A stretch of DNA of 64,000 nucleotides, from the NCBI GenBank assembly GCA_965243065.1, contig CBDETO010000005.1, positions 1,470,672 through 1,534,671 of the forward strand, written 5' to 3'. The notes beneath the pieces were generated by a model. That model made no database searches and was not told where the DNA came from. It saw only the letters and a list, made by a program, of their open reading frames with translations. The position numbers and the translations under genes were made by a program. Positions within the stretch are counted from its first letter, which is position 1. The number at the start of each line of letters is the position of its first letter. Source of the DNA: Bdellovibrionales bacterium (GTDB lineage: Bacteria; Bdellovibrionota; Bdellovibrionia; Bdellovibrionales; UBA1609). Positions 34,878 to 44,527 of the stretch are shown one piece after another.

Positions 34878-35166
34878 TCCTTCTTATCGAGAAATATAAA
34901 CATAAGGGATTAATATTGTATAAGTTCTGATAATTTTTACGAATTATTATAATATATAAGGCTCTTTTCCATAAAACTCAATATTTAATCGGGAAATTGT
35001 AAAATTTTCACTTGGTTACTAGTGTGACTATGCTGTAATAGTGTGTTTGTATTTGCATACCCTTTTACAGAGAATCTCTGAAGGGCGTAAATTCTTGACC
35101 GGTTCGGTATAGATCATTAATACCCATCCCGTTTTTTAAAGATATAAGAAAGGGTTACTTAGAAAA

Positions 35167-36603
35167 ATGATGACACTTATCTGGAAAAAAATATATATAT
35201 TGTCTTTTATTTTTCTTCTATCCTCCGCAGGGGCCGAGCTAGATATTTCTCTTAAATATTCCGGTTACATCACACCCATTGATTTAAAAGGACCTTTAAA
35301 TCATTACATAGATCTGGGTTTGGATTTCAAGCATTATAGAAATAGAAAATCTTGGTTTTATGGAGCTGAACTACTCTCTCTTATTTCTTTAAATGAAAAC
35401 AGCCAAAGACACTTATCCATTCCTGATTTATTTTTAGGGTATAAATGGACCTCGGTTTTAAATGGTTACAATTTGAGTCTGGTTTTAGGACGATACAAAC
35501 AGCTACATGATCCCCAAAAGGGACCAAATAAAGAAAACCCTTTTTTACTGAATGCCACGGGAACCTGGAGCTTTATGGATGAAGTATGGAGCCTAGGTCT
35601 ATGGCAAGGTCGAACGAACTGGGATTACTTACAACCAAAGTCAATGGGCTTGATTGGTTCTTTTTTCACTATTGAAAAAAATAAATGGATGTTCACTCTT
35701 TTTCTATCCGGGTTGTTTTTGCCGGATCAAGGACCTTCCATTGAAATAGAAAAAGGTAAAGTCAGTTCAGTGAGTCGCTGGTTTGTATCTCCTCAGTCGG
35801 AGTTCATTGTGTTCAGCCAAAAATTTCAAGCTTTTTATTGGTTGAAAAAACCTTATCTAAAAAATGTAGTTTTGAATGACAGTGTGGCTCTACAATTTCG
35901 TTTTGGAAGCCAGGAGGACCAATGGTTTAACTTAGCTTATGCGTACAAACCTGTAAATCAAACTTATTTTAAAATAGATAATAGTTTCTCCATAAATAAA
36001 AAGGCAATTGACACTAATATTTATTACCAAGCTTTCAAACACTCGCTTATATCTATGGATTTTGGGCTAAAAAACAATATTTTCACTTCTGTATTATCCG
36101 TTACCCAGGAATCACCTAACCAGCCTCATGTACCTGAAAACTGGATCGTCCCCACTTTACCCAGAGGTTTGTTTTTGTCTGCTTATTTTGCACTCGATTT
36201 AGAGCCTTATCATTTACCGATTGAGCTATTAAATTTTAACTTCCTCTACTCCATGTTCGCAGATCAAAAAAGACTGCCTTCCACTGGGGAAGAGCATCTT
36301 AAATTGGATATGAATATCAGCCGGTTCAGATTATATCATGGTTTTTCTGTGTCCGTTTATAGCAGAGAGTTTCAATGGAACAATCAATCTGTTTCCTTAG
36401 GTTTAAGTTATTGGTACTCTATTCCTGAAAAGGGAGGATGGTTGAGCGCATCTATCCAATGGCACATAAAGCCCCATTTCATTATAAAGTCTGGAGTAGA
36501 TATTATAGGCCAGGATAGTGGTGGTTCAAACCCAGGAAGTTTTTTTGATTTATATAAACAAAATGACAGAATCACCCTTCAGTTGGTGTATACCATTAAA
36601 TAA
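35167..36603 (+). CDS. Outer-membrane-like protein, paralog of 33447-34877
   Basis: Signal peptide ..ILSFIFLLSSAGA. Blocks WSFMDEVWSLGLWQGRTNWDYLQPKSMGLIGSFF and FLPDQGPSIEIEKGKVSSVSRWFVSPQ align with the neighbour. Confidence 0.6.
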   Translation: MMTLIWKKIYILSFIFLLSSAGAELDISLKYSGYITPIDLKGPLNHYIDLGLDFKHYRNRKSWFYGAELLSLISLNENSQRHLSIPDLFLGYKWTSVLNGYNLSLVLGRYKQLHDPQKGPNKENPFLLNATGTWSFMDEVWSLGLWQGRTNWDYLQPKSMGLIGSFFTIEKNKWMFTLFLSGLFLPDQGPSIEIEKGKVSSVSRWFVSPQSEFIVFSQKFQAFYWLKKPYLKNVVLNDSVALQFRFGSQEDQWFNLAYAYKPVNQTYFKIDNSFSINKKAIDTNIYYQAFKHSLISMDFGLKNNIFTSVLSVTQESPNQPHVPENWIVPTLPRGLFLSAYFALDLEPYHLPIELLNFNFLYSMFADQKRLPSTGEEHLKLDMNISRFRLYHGFSVSVYSREFQWNNQSVSLGLSYWYSIPEKGGWLSASIQWHIKPHFIIKSGVDIIGQDSGGSNPGSFFDLYKQNDRITLQLVYTIK

Positions 36604-36606
36604 ATG

Positions 36607-36680
36607 TGATGGCGGTAGGACTCGAACCTACGACCTACAGCTTAGAAGGCTGTTGCTCTATCCAACTGAGCTACGCCACC
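36607..36680 (-). tRNA. tRNA-Arg (anticodon UCU), no encoded CCA
   Basis: Manual fold of the reverse complement: acceptor GGTGGCG/CGCCATC (one G-U), D-arm GCTC-AGTTGGATA-GAGC, anticodon arm ACAGC-CTTCTAA-GCTGT (TCT at 34-36), T-arm GTAGG-TTCGAGT-CCTAC. Confidence 0.85.
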
Positions 36681-37107
36681 CCTCCTTGTTACTTGCGCAT
36701 TCCATATGAAAAAATCTTAACAGATTTTTTGCTCTGTGTATCCTGCTCTCTTTGATCGCAGCCTACACACAACCGCTCCTCACTTAGTGTCTGATAGATC
36801 GCTCCTACGACCTAAAAGCTTAGAAGGCTGTTGCTCTATCCAACTGAGCTACGCCACCCCTCCTTGTTACTTGCGCATTCCATATGAAAAAATCTTAACA
36901 GATTTTTTGCTCTGTGTATCCTGCTCTCTTTGATCGCAGCCTACACACAACCGCTCCTCACTTAGTGTCTGATAGATCGCTCCTACGACCTAAAAGCTTA
37001 GAAGGCTGTTGCTCTATCCAACTGAGCTACGCCACCCCTCCTTGTTACTTGCGCATTCCCTTATGAAAAAATCTTAACAGATTTTTTGCTCTGTGTATCC
37101 TGCTCTT
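36626..37107. repeat. 178-nt tandem repeat (2.7 copies) that begins inside tRNA-Arg
   Basis: CTTAGAAGGCTGTTGCTCTATCCAACTGAGCTACGCCACC.. recurs at 36641, 36819 and 36997, an exact 178-nt period. Each unit has the 5' ~55 nt of the tRNA plus ~123 nt of its upstream region, including the hairpin AAAAAATCT-TAAC-AGATTTTTT. Confidence 0.9.
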
Positions 37108-37113
37108 TTATAT

Positions 37114-38445
37114 TCATTCATCTTGCAAAGAATGGCTTTTATCTCCTGATTCTAAAGAATCACCCGAAAAGAAAATAAAAATAAGGCCCGTCAACATAGC
37201 TAATAAAGAAGCTAATAAAATACTGAGCTTAGAATAAACAGCCAATTCTGGATACTTAGGAAAGCTTAAGTGAGAAATAAATAAAGCCATTGTAAAACCA
37301 ATACCAGCCAAAAAACCCACTCCGGTCAGTTTTCTCCAGTTAAAATCCTTCGGCCAGCAAGCTAATTTTAATCGAACAGCGAAAAAGGAAAACAGGACAA
37401 CCCCTATAGGCTTTCCTAAAAAAAGACCAAATAAAATCCCCAGAGACACAGGGTGAGAGCTAAATTCCATAAAAGAAAATCCAGACTTAAACTCCACGCC
37501 GGCGTTAAAAAAAGCAAATACGGGCATAATAATCCAGGCCACATAAAAATGCAGTTCCTCAATTAATCGGTGGGCGGGCGTATGCAAAGACTGTACCATG
37601 TTCGTCAGTTTTTTAGCTGTCTTATAAGAAGGAATCCTCGATGAAGAAAAGTCTCTGATACCTTCCCACTTTTGATCTTTATTCTTAATTCTTCCCGCCG
37701 GACACATTAAACCTAAAATAACTCCAGCAACAGTGGCATGAACCCCACTTTGTAAAACAAAAAACCATAGACCAAACCCACAAAAAATATAAAAAAGAAA
37801 ACTTTTAATACCCATCTTCTTCGCACAAAAAATTATAAATATAAGCCCGCCGGCGAAAGCCAAAAAACGACCGGAGATTTCTTGAGAATAAAACAAAGCA
37901 ATCACTAAAATAGCCCCTAAATCATCCACAATAGCTAAAGCCAGTAAAAACACTTTTAATGAAAAAGGCACTCGTTTAGACACAAGACTTAAAACTCCTA
38001 TAGCAAAAGCAATGTCCGTAGCCATAGGAATACCCCAACCCACTTGAGTGATACCCTGAGGGTTAAAAACCAAGTAAAATAAAGCCGGAATAAACATACC
38101 CCCTAGAGCCGCAAAAATAGGTAAGGCTGCTTTTTTAGGGGTTGACAGCTCACCTACGCTTAATTCTCTTTTAATCTCCAAACCCACAACAAAGAAGAAG
38201 ATCACCATCAGGGCATCGTTAACCCAATGATGAAGAGAAAAAGAAAGAGAAAAGGGGCCTAAATGGATTCCTACTGGATAATGTAAAATTTTATAATACA
38301 CTTCAGACCAAGGAGAATTAGCCCACAGCAAAGCTAACAAAGCACAACATAAAAGCACAACCCCTGTACTGGCTTCCAAAGAGAAAAACCTCTCTAAAGG
38401 AGAGATCCATTTTTTTACTGCTTTTCCATAAGAGATGTTTAGCAT
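37114..38445 (-). CDS. nhaA: Na+/H+ antiporter NhaA
   Basis: About 12 TM segments, with NhaA signature blocks WVNDALMVIFFFVVGLEIKRE and LLALAIVDDLGAILVIALFY. Confidence 0.85.
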   Translation of the reverse strand: MLNISYGKAVKKWISPLERFFSLEASTGVVLLCCALLALLWANSPWSEVYYKILHYPVGIHLGPFSLSFSLHHWVNDALMVIFFFVVGLEIKRELSVGELSTPKKAALPIFAALGGMFIPALFYLVFNPQGITQVGWGIPMATDIAFAIGVLSLVSKRVPFSLKVFLLALAIVDDLGAILVIALFYSQEISGRFLAFAGGLIFIIFCAKKMGIKSFLFYIFCGFGLWFFVLQSGVHATVAGVILGLMCPAGRIKNKDQKWEGIRDFSSSRIPSYKTAKKLTNMVQSLHTPAHRLIEELHFYVAWIIMPVFAFFNAGVEFKSGFSFMEFSSHPVSLGILFGLFLGKPIGVVLFSFFAVRLKLACWPKDFNWRKLTGVGFLAGIGFTMALFISHLSFPKYPELAVYSKLSILLASLLAMLTGLIFIFFSGDSLESGDKSHSLQDE

Positions 38446-38513
38446 GTATTAACCTTTTGTAATAATTTGTTCGACCAGGGCATTTTTAAACAAAATGGAA
38501 AATGGGTAAATAC

Positions 38514-39275
38514 TCATTGCTTAGGGTCAATTTTAGTATAAACCGGTTTTTGTCTCTGCCTTCTGAGCCGTAAGAACTTTGTTTCTATTTCCGTCGTCCA
38601 TTTTTTATAATTATTAAAAATAGTTTCTGTATCCGCTGGTTCCTGTACCGGTCCTACATGCAAATACATTTTTCCTGGTAAAGGAAACATTTTTCCTTTT
38701 GGCCATAAACTCCGGTTTTTTTGCAAATAAAGAAATAAAATCGGAGTCTTCGTTTTTGTAGAAAAAAGACTTACTCCGCTCTTGAAGGGCCTCAGAGAGC
38801 CATCCTGCGAGCGGGTGCCTTCAGGGAACATCACTAGCCATATCCTTTTCAAGCTCATTAACAAATTGATACATTTTTTTACCGAGTCTGTGTTTTGCGT
38901 TACTCGATCTAAAGGGATAGCTCCCAAAAAATATTTAGAAAAAAAGCGCAAAAATCGGCTGCTAAACCAATAATCTTTGGCTGCTAAAATATAAAGATCC
39001 ATCCAATGAGAAAAAGGAATAGAAGTTAAAATAGCCGGTCCATCTAAATGACTGGCGTGGTTGGATATAATAATCAACTTGGGATATTTTTTGTAAAATC
39101 CCCTAAAATTTCCTTTCACTCTTAAACGTATATAAAATTTAAAAACCAGGCGCAAAAATAAAGCCCATAAACCCCGAGTAAATAAGTGACCGGAGATTTT
39201 TTCATAATCAAATATATTATCCCATATATTTGGTTCATCTGATAGAGGTATATCTTGATTTTTCATTTCCGGCAT
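38514..39275 (-). CDS. plsC: 1-acyl-sn-glycerol-3-phosphate acyltransferase family protein
   Basis: Acyltransferase motifs NHASHLDG (HX4D) and MFPEGTRS. Confidence 0.75.
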   Translation of the reverse strand: MPEMKNQDIPLSDEPNIWDNIFDYEKISGHLFTRGLWALFLRLVFKFYIRLRVKGNFRGFYKKYPKLIIISNHASHLDGPAILTSIPFSHWMDLYILAAKDYWFSSRFLRFFSKYFLGAIPLDRVTQNTDSVKKCINLLMSLKRIWLVMFPEGTRSQDGSLRPFKSGVSLFSTKTKTPILFLYLQKNRSLWPKGKMFPLPGKMYLHVGPVQEPADTETIFNNYKKWTTEIETKFLRLRRQRQKPVYTKIDPKQ

Positions 39276-39438
39276 ATTATATATCCCCCTCCTTTTTTTT
39301 TATTCTCACATACATATACGGGCGGCACTCGAGCCCCGGCCTCTCGAGACAGGAATGAAACCAACAAATTATATACCGATCCGGCATATAATAAAAGTTT
39401 ATCTTGAGCTTAAAGCCATTTCGCTTTAAAAGGTTTTT

Positions 39439-40662
39439 ATGAAATGCGTATTATTAGAAGGTATCCATAAAATAGCAGGAGAGCAGTTAAGAGGACAAGG
39501 CTTGCAGGTGGACCATGTAAAATCCGCTCCCGACACGAAAGAGCTTTTGTTACAGAAAAGCTGCTTGGCTTTGGGTATTCGATCCCGTACCCGTATTACA
39601 AAAGATATTCTGGAAGCTCTTTGTCCATCTCTTAGATGGATTGGAGCTTTTTGCATTGGCACAGATCAAATTGATTTAAACACCGCCCGTCGGATGGGAG
39701 TGCCTGTCTTTAACGCTCCCTACGGAAATACAAGGAGTGTAGCTGAATTGGTGATCTCGCATATCATTGCCCTATCTCGGCAAAGTTATAGTTTTAATCA
39801 AAAACTGCATCAACGAAAATGGAATAAAACAGCCCAGGGCAGTAAAGAAGTCCGGGGAAAAACATTGGGCATCGTAGGATATGGCCATATCGGCACGCAG
39901 GTCAGTATATTAGCGGAATCTATGGGAATGAAGGTGATCTACTTTGATATCATTGAAACATTACAAATGGGAAACGCCCATCCGGTAAAAAATCTTAAAG
40001 AACTAATGAGTTTTTCTGATTTTGTTACTTTACATGTACCTCAAACTCCCACAACAAAAAATATGATTCAGGAAAAACAACTGAGATGGATGAAAAAAGG
40101 CTCCTTTCTTATTAATACCAGTCGCGGCACAGTAGTAAATCTGGAAGATCTAAAAAGAACTCTCCAGGAGGACCACTTAGCTGGAGCGGCTTTAGATGTT
40201 TTTCCAGAGGAACCACAAGCAAAAGACAGCACCTTTATTTGCCCTCTACAAGGAATGAAACAGGTTATTCTCACCCCTCACATTGCCGGCAGCACAGAGG
40301 AAGCTCAAGAAAATATTGCTAAACAGGTTAGCACCTCCCTCTTAAAATATCTTTTTCATGGAATATCCGAAGGAGCGGTCAATTTTCCTATCTTAAATCC
40401 TCCTCTCTTAGACCCTACAAAGCAGGGTCAAAGATTGGTCAATATACATAAAAATGTTCCTGGAGTTCTAGGTAACATTAACGGCCTCATGTCTCGTTTG
40501 AAAATTAATATTCAAAGTCAATACCTTTCTACAAAAGAAGATATTGGCTATTTGATTATGGATATGGAACATAAAAATATAAAACCCCTTTGTGAAGCTA
40601 TTGACTCTTTAGACACCTCTATTCGCACCTATATCCTGCCTTTTTCGACAGAACGGTTATGA
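39439..40662 (+). CDS. serA: D-3-phosphoglycerate dehydrogenase (with C-terminal ACT-like domain)
   Basis: 2-hydroxyacid dehydrogenase motifs GKTLGIVGYGHIGTQV, SRG..V and TPHIAGST, with a ~75-aa regulatory tail. About 407 aa is the typical SerA length. Confidence 0.8.
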   Translation: MKCVLLEGIHKIAGEQLRGQGLQVDHVKSAPDTKELLLQKSCLALGIRSRTRITKDILEALCPSLRWIGAFCIGTDQIDLNTARRMGVPVFNAPYGNTRSVAELVISHIIALSRQSYSFNQKLHQRKWNKTAQGSKEVRGKTLGIVGYGHIGTQVSILAESMGMKVIYFDIIETLQMGNAHPVKNLKELMSFSDFVTLHVPQTPTTKNMIQEKQLRWMKKGSFLINTSRGTVVNLEDLKRTLQEDHLAGAALDVFPEEPQAKDSTFICPLQGMKQVILTPHIAGSTEEAQENIAKQVSTSLLKYLFHGISEGAVNFPILNPPLLDPTKQGQRLVNIHKNVPGVLGNINGLMSRLKINIQSQYLSTKEDIGYLIMDMEHKNIKPLCEAIDSLDTSIRTYILPFSTERL

Positions 40663-42968
40663 CCAAAAAAAACAGCCTTCTTGTTTTTTTTCTCCTGTTG
40701 ATTCTCATAGGAGGCTTTACGGTCTCATGGCTGTTTTTACATCTTAATCAAAAAATTAACAACAGTTTAGAAACAGGCTGGCATCGGCCTTTAGTGGAAT
40801 ATTATACCGCCCCGGAAAAAATCCTACTAGGAATGGCTTTATCCCCAAGAGAATGGGAAAAAAAATTACAACAAAGATATTATATTCCACTTTCCCCTAC
40901 AGATCCTCCGCGTCCGGGATATTTTGTATATCACAAATATCCGTCCTGTGGGGAAAAGAAGTGGAAAATACAAGGATCAAACCAGGCCAGTACAGAACAT
41001 AGTCTATCCTGGCAAGATGAAAATACAGGCGCGCCCTTCTGTGTCGGCTTTCAAAACAATAAAATAGTCTCTTTACACAAAAACCATAAAGAGGTGAAGC
41101 TTATTTCTCTTAAACCTTTTGTCTTTGCCCAGTATGAAAACGGAGAACCGATTTTAAAACAATTTAAACCCTTAAACGAGTTTCCCTTTTACTGCTTGCA
41201 ATCCGTGTTAACGGCAGAGGACCATCAATTCATCACTCATGAAGGGATTAGTTTAAAATCCATTATCAGAGCTATAGGGAGAAATCTTAAAGCCGGTCGC
41301 TTGTTAGAGGGAGGAAGCACGATTACACAGCAGCTAATAAAAAATATCTTTTTTAGTCAGAAAAAAAGCTTTTGGAGAAAATTTCAAGAACAAATTATGG
41401 CCCTTCTTTTAGAAACAAAATTGAGTAAAGATGAAATTCTAACAGCCTATTTGAATATAGTTTATATGGGACAAAGTGGTCTGTTTCGCATTCATGGTTT
41501 TAGTGCCGCCGCTCGGTACTATTTTGACAAACCTTTACCCCATTTGGATTTAAACGAATGCGCCATTTTAGCGGGTTTAATCAAATCTCCCGGGCGTTAT
41601 AAACCCTCTACTGACAACAAATTTCTATTACAGAGGAGAAATCATATTCTAAATAAGTTATATGCTAAACAAATTATCAGTAAGGAAGAATTAAATATAA
41701 GCCAATCCCAGGCTATAAGGGTTAATATTCAAAAACCGGCCCCGCCTATTTACTTTACCGATACGGTCTATAAAAAAATAAAAGAGCTTAATTTACCTTG
41801 GAAAAAGGGATTAAAAGTTTTTACCACCCTTTACCCTGATTTTCAGGAAAAAGCCAGTCAGTCTCTTAAAGAAGGGCTTAAGTGGTTGGATAAAAAACAA
41901 GCCCCAAAAGGGGTTAAAGGAGTGCACTTCCAAGAGAATAAGCCAGTAAAAGAAATAAAACCTCCTCCCCTGCAAGCGACTTTGGTCAATGTGGATGTGG
42001 CTACGGGAGCGGTGCGGGCGATTGTGGGAGGGCGTGACTTTAAGACCAGTCAGTTTAACAGGGCTATTCAAGCTAAAAGACAAATAGGCTCTTTAATGAA
42101 GCCAGCGGTGGTTCTTTCCGCTTTAATAGAGAACCCGGACTTAAATCCTTTATCTATTGTAGAAGATAGGAAGTTTATACACAACTACCAGGGTTCCCGC
42201 ACCTGGAGTCCTCGAAACTATAAAAATGATTATAGAGGAAAAGTTCCTTTGTATCAGGTACTCACTTTTTCCCTAAATGCCGGAGCCGCCAGCTTAGGTC
42301 TTAAAACGGGTCTTAAACCTCTTATACAAACTATAAAAGCTTTAGGTGGGCCTTCCACCCCTGCCATTCCCCCTCATCCGGCTTTGGTTTTAGGGGCCTT
42401 AGAACTAAGCCCCTGGATGGTAGCGCAGATGTTCCTAACTATAGCGAATATGGGGACCTATAAAAAACAACATATCATAAAAAAAGTGAGCAGTTTAAAA
42501 GGCACTATCTTATATGAATATAAGAACAAAACAAAACCAGTTATAGACAAAACTAAAGCCGCGATTTTAGTAGGGATGCTAAAAGAGGTCACCCAATCTG
42601 GTACAGCTCGGTGGCTTAAAAGTTTTGCTGCTCCCGTGGCGGGTAAAACAGGTACCACTAATGACGAAAAGGATGCCTGGTTTGCAGGATTTACTCCTGA
42701 GTCTTTGACGGTGGTATGGTTGGGTTTTGATAATAATACACCTCATTACTTAAGTGGCACTAAAGGGGCTTTACCCCTTTGGGAGAATTTTATGAAAAAA
42801 ATACTTCCTTACCTTTCCTCGGAAGATTTTGATTGGCCGGGGGGAGTGGTTCATCAGACATTCCAAATACAAAAAAAGGATTCTCAAAAAGACCTCCCTA
42901 TACAAAATAAAAACTCTGAAGAAGATGAAGAGGTTCAGCTCGTATTTGAAAAAGAATCTCCTAGATAA
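40659..42968 (+). CDS. mrcA: Class A penicillin-binding protein (glycosyltransferase plus transpeptidase)
   Basis: GT51 motifs EDHQFITHEGI, GGSTITQQL and RKFQE. Transpeptidase motifs SLMKP (SxxK), SLN (SxN) and KTGTT. The ATGA overlaps the serA stop. Confidence 0.85.
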   Translation: MTKKNSLLVFFLLLILIGGFTVSWLFLHLNQKINNSLETGWHRPLVEYYTAPEKILLGMALSPREWEKKLQQRYYIPLSPTDPPRPGYFVYHKYPSCGEKKWKIQGSNQASTEHSLSWQDENTGAPFCVGFQNNKIVSLHKNHKEVKLISLKPFVFAQYENGEPILKQFKPLNEFPFYCLQSVLTAEDHQFITHEGISLKSIIRAIGRNLKAGRLLEGGSTITQQLIKNIFFSQKKSFWRKFQEQIMALLLETKLSKDEILTAYLNIVYMGQSGLFRIHGFSAAARYYFDKPLPHLDLNECAILAGLIKSPGRYKPSTDNKFLLQRRNHILNKLYAKQIISKEELNISQSQAIRVNIQKPAPPIYFTDTVYKKIKELNLPWKKGLKVFTTLYPDFQEKASQSLKEGLKWLDKKQAPKGVKGVHFQENKPVKEIKPPPLQATLVNVDVATGAVRAIVGGRDFKTSQFNRAIQAKRQIGSLMKPAVVLSALIENPDLNPLSIVEDRKFIHNYQGSRTWSPRNYKNDYRGKVPLYQVLTFSLNAGAASLGLKTGLKPLIQTIKALGGPSTPAIPPHPALVLGALELSPWMVAQMFLTIANMGTYKKQHIIKKVSSLKGTILYEYKNKTKPVIDKTKAAILVGMLKEVTQSGTARWLKSFAAPVAGKTGTTNDEKDAWFAGFTPESLTVVWLGFDNNTPHYLSGTKGALPLWENFMKKILPYLSSEDFDWPGGVVHQTFQIQKKDSQKDLPIQNKNSEEDEEVQLVFEKESPR

Positions 42969-42997
42969 CTCCTATTAAAGTCAAATAGTCATGAACC
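42966..42997 (+). mobile_element. Solo IS1595 end fragment (32 nt) abutting the PBP stop codon
   Basis: TAACTCCTATTAAAGTCAAATAGTCATGAACC equals the IS right end 25258-25293 minus 4 nt (CTCA). Confidence 0.65.
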
Positions 42998-43111
42998 ATA
43001 TCAAAAATTCCTAACGGGAAGTTAAAGGGCATTGTAAAAACTTTAACTTGCATCATAACACTATCCTCAAAAATAAAACTGATTTTGTTTATCCCCGCGA
43101 AGCTTGTCCTT

Positions 43112-43352
43112 AATTTGTCATTCCTGTACGTGTTCACTAATTCGCTGACAGAATCACTTCTTCAGTAGAGAATAGGAGTCAAAAGGCTCAGACATGCGTT
43201 TTGCCACAGAGCAACCTTTGGTTGCTCATGTGTCAAATCCGAACTCGCTTTTGCCCCCTATTCTCTCCTGAAGAGCTTTTATCTCTATCCTGCTTTGTAT
43301 GTCATCCCTATAGCTAACGGGAAGCCATTTTGTCAGCGAATTAGTGAACATT
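43112..43352. repeat. Composite palindromic repeat: R3 arms flanking R2 copy 2
   Basis: Perfect 20-nt inverted repeat TGTTCACTAATTCGCTGACA (43127-43146) / TGTCAGCGAATTAGTGAACA (43332-43351). The R2 element lies at 43157-43275 with the same TIRs and central hairpin as 449-589. GTCATTCCTGTACGTGTTCACTAATTCGCT recurs at 53801. Confidence 0.8.
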
Positions 43353-43407
43353 TACAATCTGTGTCAAACTTGTCCTCGCGAAACAAGAAGCGGAGATTTC
43401 TGACCGG

Positions 43408-43620
43408 TTAGGTTATAAAACCGCCTTCGAACCAGTGCGCTTCGCAACACGGCTCGAAGGAAAACCACAGGGTAAAAGTGCTAAAGGCTGACAAGGTCCT
43501 CACCAGGCGAAACCCGACATTGCTGCTCCTGTAGTCCAGGTAGCCGTAGTTACGATTCGCGGATCGCAAGTACTGAGCTAAAATTGTACCAACCACCGCC
43601 ACGAAGAACTAAGATGAATT
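43408..43620 (-). pseudogene. Relic of the C-terminal end of an FGE-sulfatase (SUMF1/formylglycine-generating-enzyme) domain
   Basis: Two minus-strand frames read VLRGGGWYNFSS.. and ..AQYLRSANRNYGYLDYRSSNVGFRLVRT. Together they give the hallmark RGGSW...LRSA.R.......R....GFR(L/V)V ending, broken by a frameshift and lacking the rest of the domain. It is locally GC-rich. Confidence 0.45.
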
Positions 43621-43659
43621 TAGTTAAAGAACCTACATGCCTTTTTCGATAAGAAAAAT

Positions 43660-44370
43660 ATGAAGTTTTTATATAGGTTCCTTTTTTCTTTAAGTCTCTT
43701 TTTGATTTTTTTTTTCGTAAAGGCAGAGACAAAAAAACCGATTTCCTCCTCTAACAACAAGCCTTTAGTACTACAGTGGGAGGTTTCTCATTCCAGAAAC
43801 ACGGATCAAATCTCCCTTATTTTTAAACAGAAGTCTGTAGAATTAGTAACAAATACCTCCAGCTATCAAAAGGGTCATGTTGCCCGTTTAGGGCGATTTG
43901 AAACTCCCTTAGATACTAAGCTAAAAAAAATTAAAGATCAGGTACAAAGGTATTATAAACAATTAAGGAAAACAGTGCCCTTATCATCTTTAATTAAAGA
44001 TCCAAGAATTAAGCTACATATAGACCCTCACGCTCCGGTTTTGCGTATTAATGAAGAACAGATAAAATACGAACAAACTTATTTTAAAGCGATGGCTCAT
44101 ATTATTTATAAAGTGTGGGAACATGAATGGACCTGCATAGAATGCGCTTTATACAAGAAAAATAAAAAATTTATTTTGCGTACAGTAAAAAAAAGAAAGT
44201 CAGGGCCAGAAAGCGAAGCTAAAGACAAAGTAAAAAAGAGAGGTAAAACGAAAAAAATAGAAGAAAAAAATCAACAACAAAAATTCTTAAAAAAACGGTT
44301 AAATTGTATCCCTAAAGGAAAAAACAAAGTGGAATGTATTGACCATCAATTTGGTATATTTGAGATATGA
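43660..44370 (+). CDS. Secreted Lys-rich hypothetical protein (236 aa)
   Basis: Signal peptide MKFLYRFLFSLSLFLIFFFVKA. No motif recognised. Confidence 0.5.
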   Translation: MKFLYRFLFSLSLFLIFFFVKAETKKPISSSNNKPLVLQWEVSHSRNTDQISLIFKQKSVELVTNTSSYQKGHVARLGRFETPLDTKLKKIKDQVQRYYKQLRKTVPLSSLIKDPRIKLHIDPHAPVLRINEEQIKYEQTYFKAMAHIIYKVWEHEWTCIECALYKKNKKFILRTVKKRKSGPESEAKDKVKKRGKTKKIEEKNQQQKFLKKRLNCIPKGKNKVECIDHQFGIFEI

Positions 44371-44527
44371 AACTATTTATGATGTAAGTGACTCTTATGT
44401 TCCAGGAAAAGAAAGAAAAATGATACCCCTCGGGTATGATCCTCGTTTCTACGGGAACAAGCTTTCTCACCCCTTTACCTTTGGTTCCACTTAAGTAAAT
44501 GGGTTTTTAAAATTTGGATTTTCAAAT

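Noticed and set aside
36518-36933. ORFs 36518-36709 and 36736-36933 (+)
   Set aside because: They run antisense through tRNA-Arg and its 178-nt tandem repeats. The second is simply the repeat image of the first.
37066-37087. Hairpin AAAAAATCT-TAAC-AGATTTTTT as a rho-independent terminator of nhaA
   Set aside because: It is positioned correctly (27 nt after the nhaA stop), but the stem is almost pure A-T with a single G-C pair. The same hairpin is part of every 178-nt repeat unit. It is too weak to call as a terminator feature and is mentioned only under the repeat.
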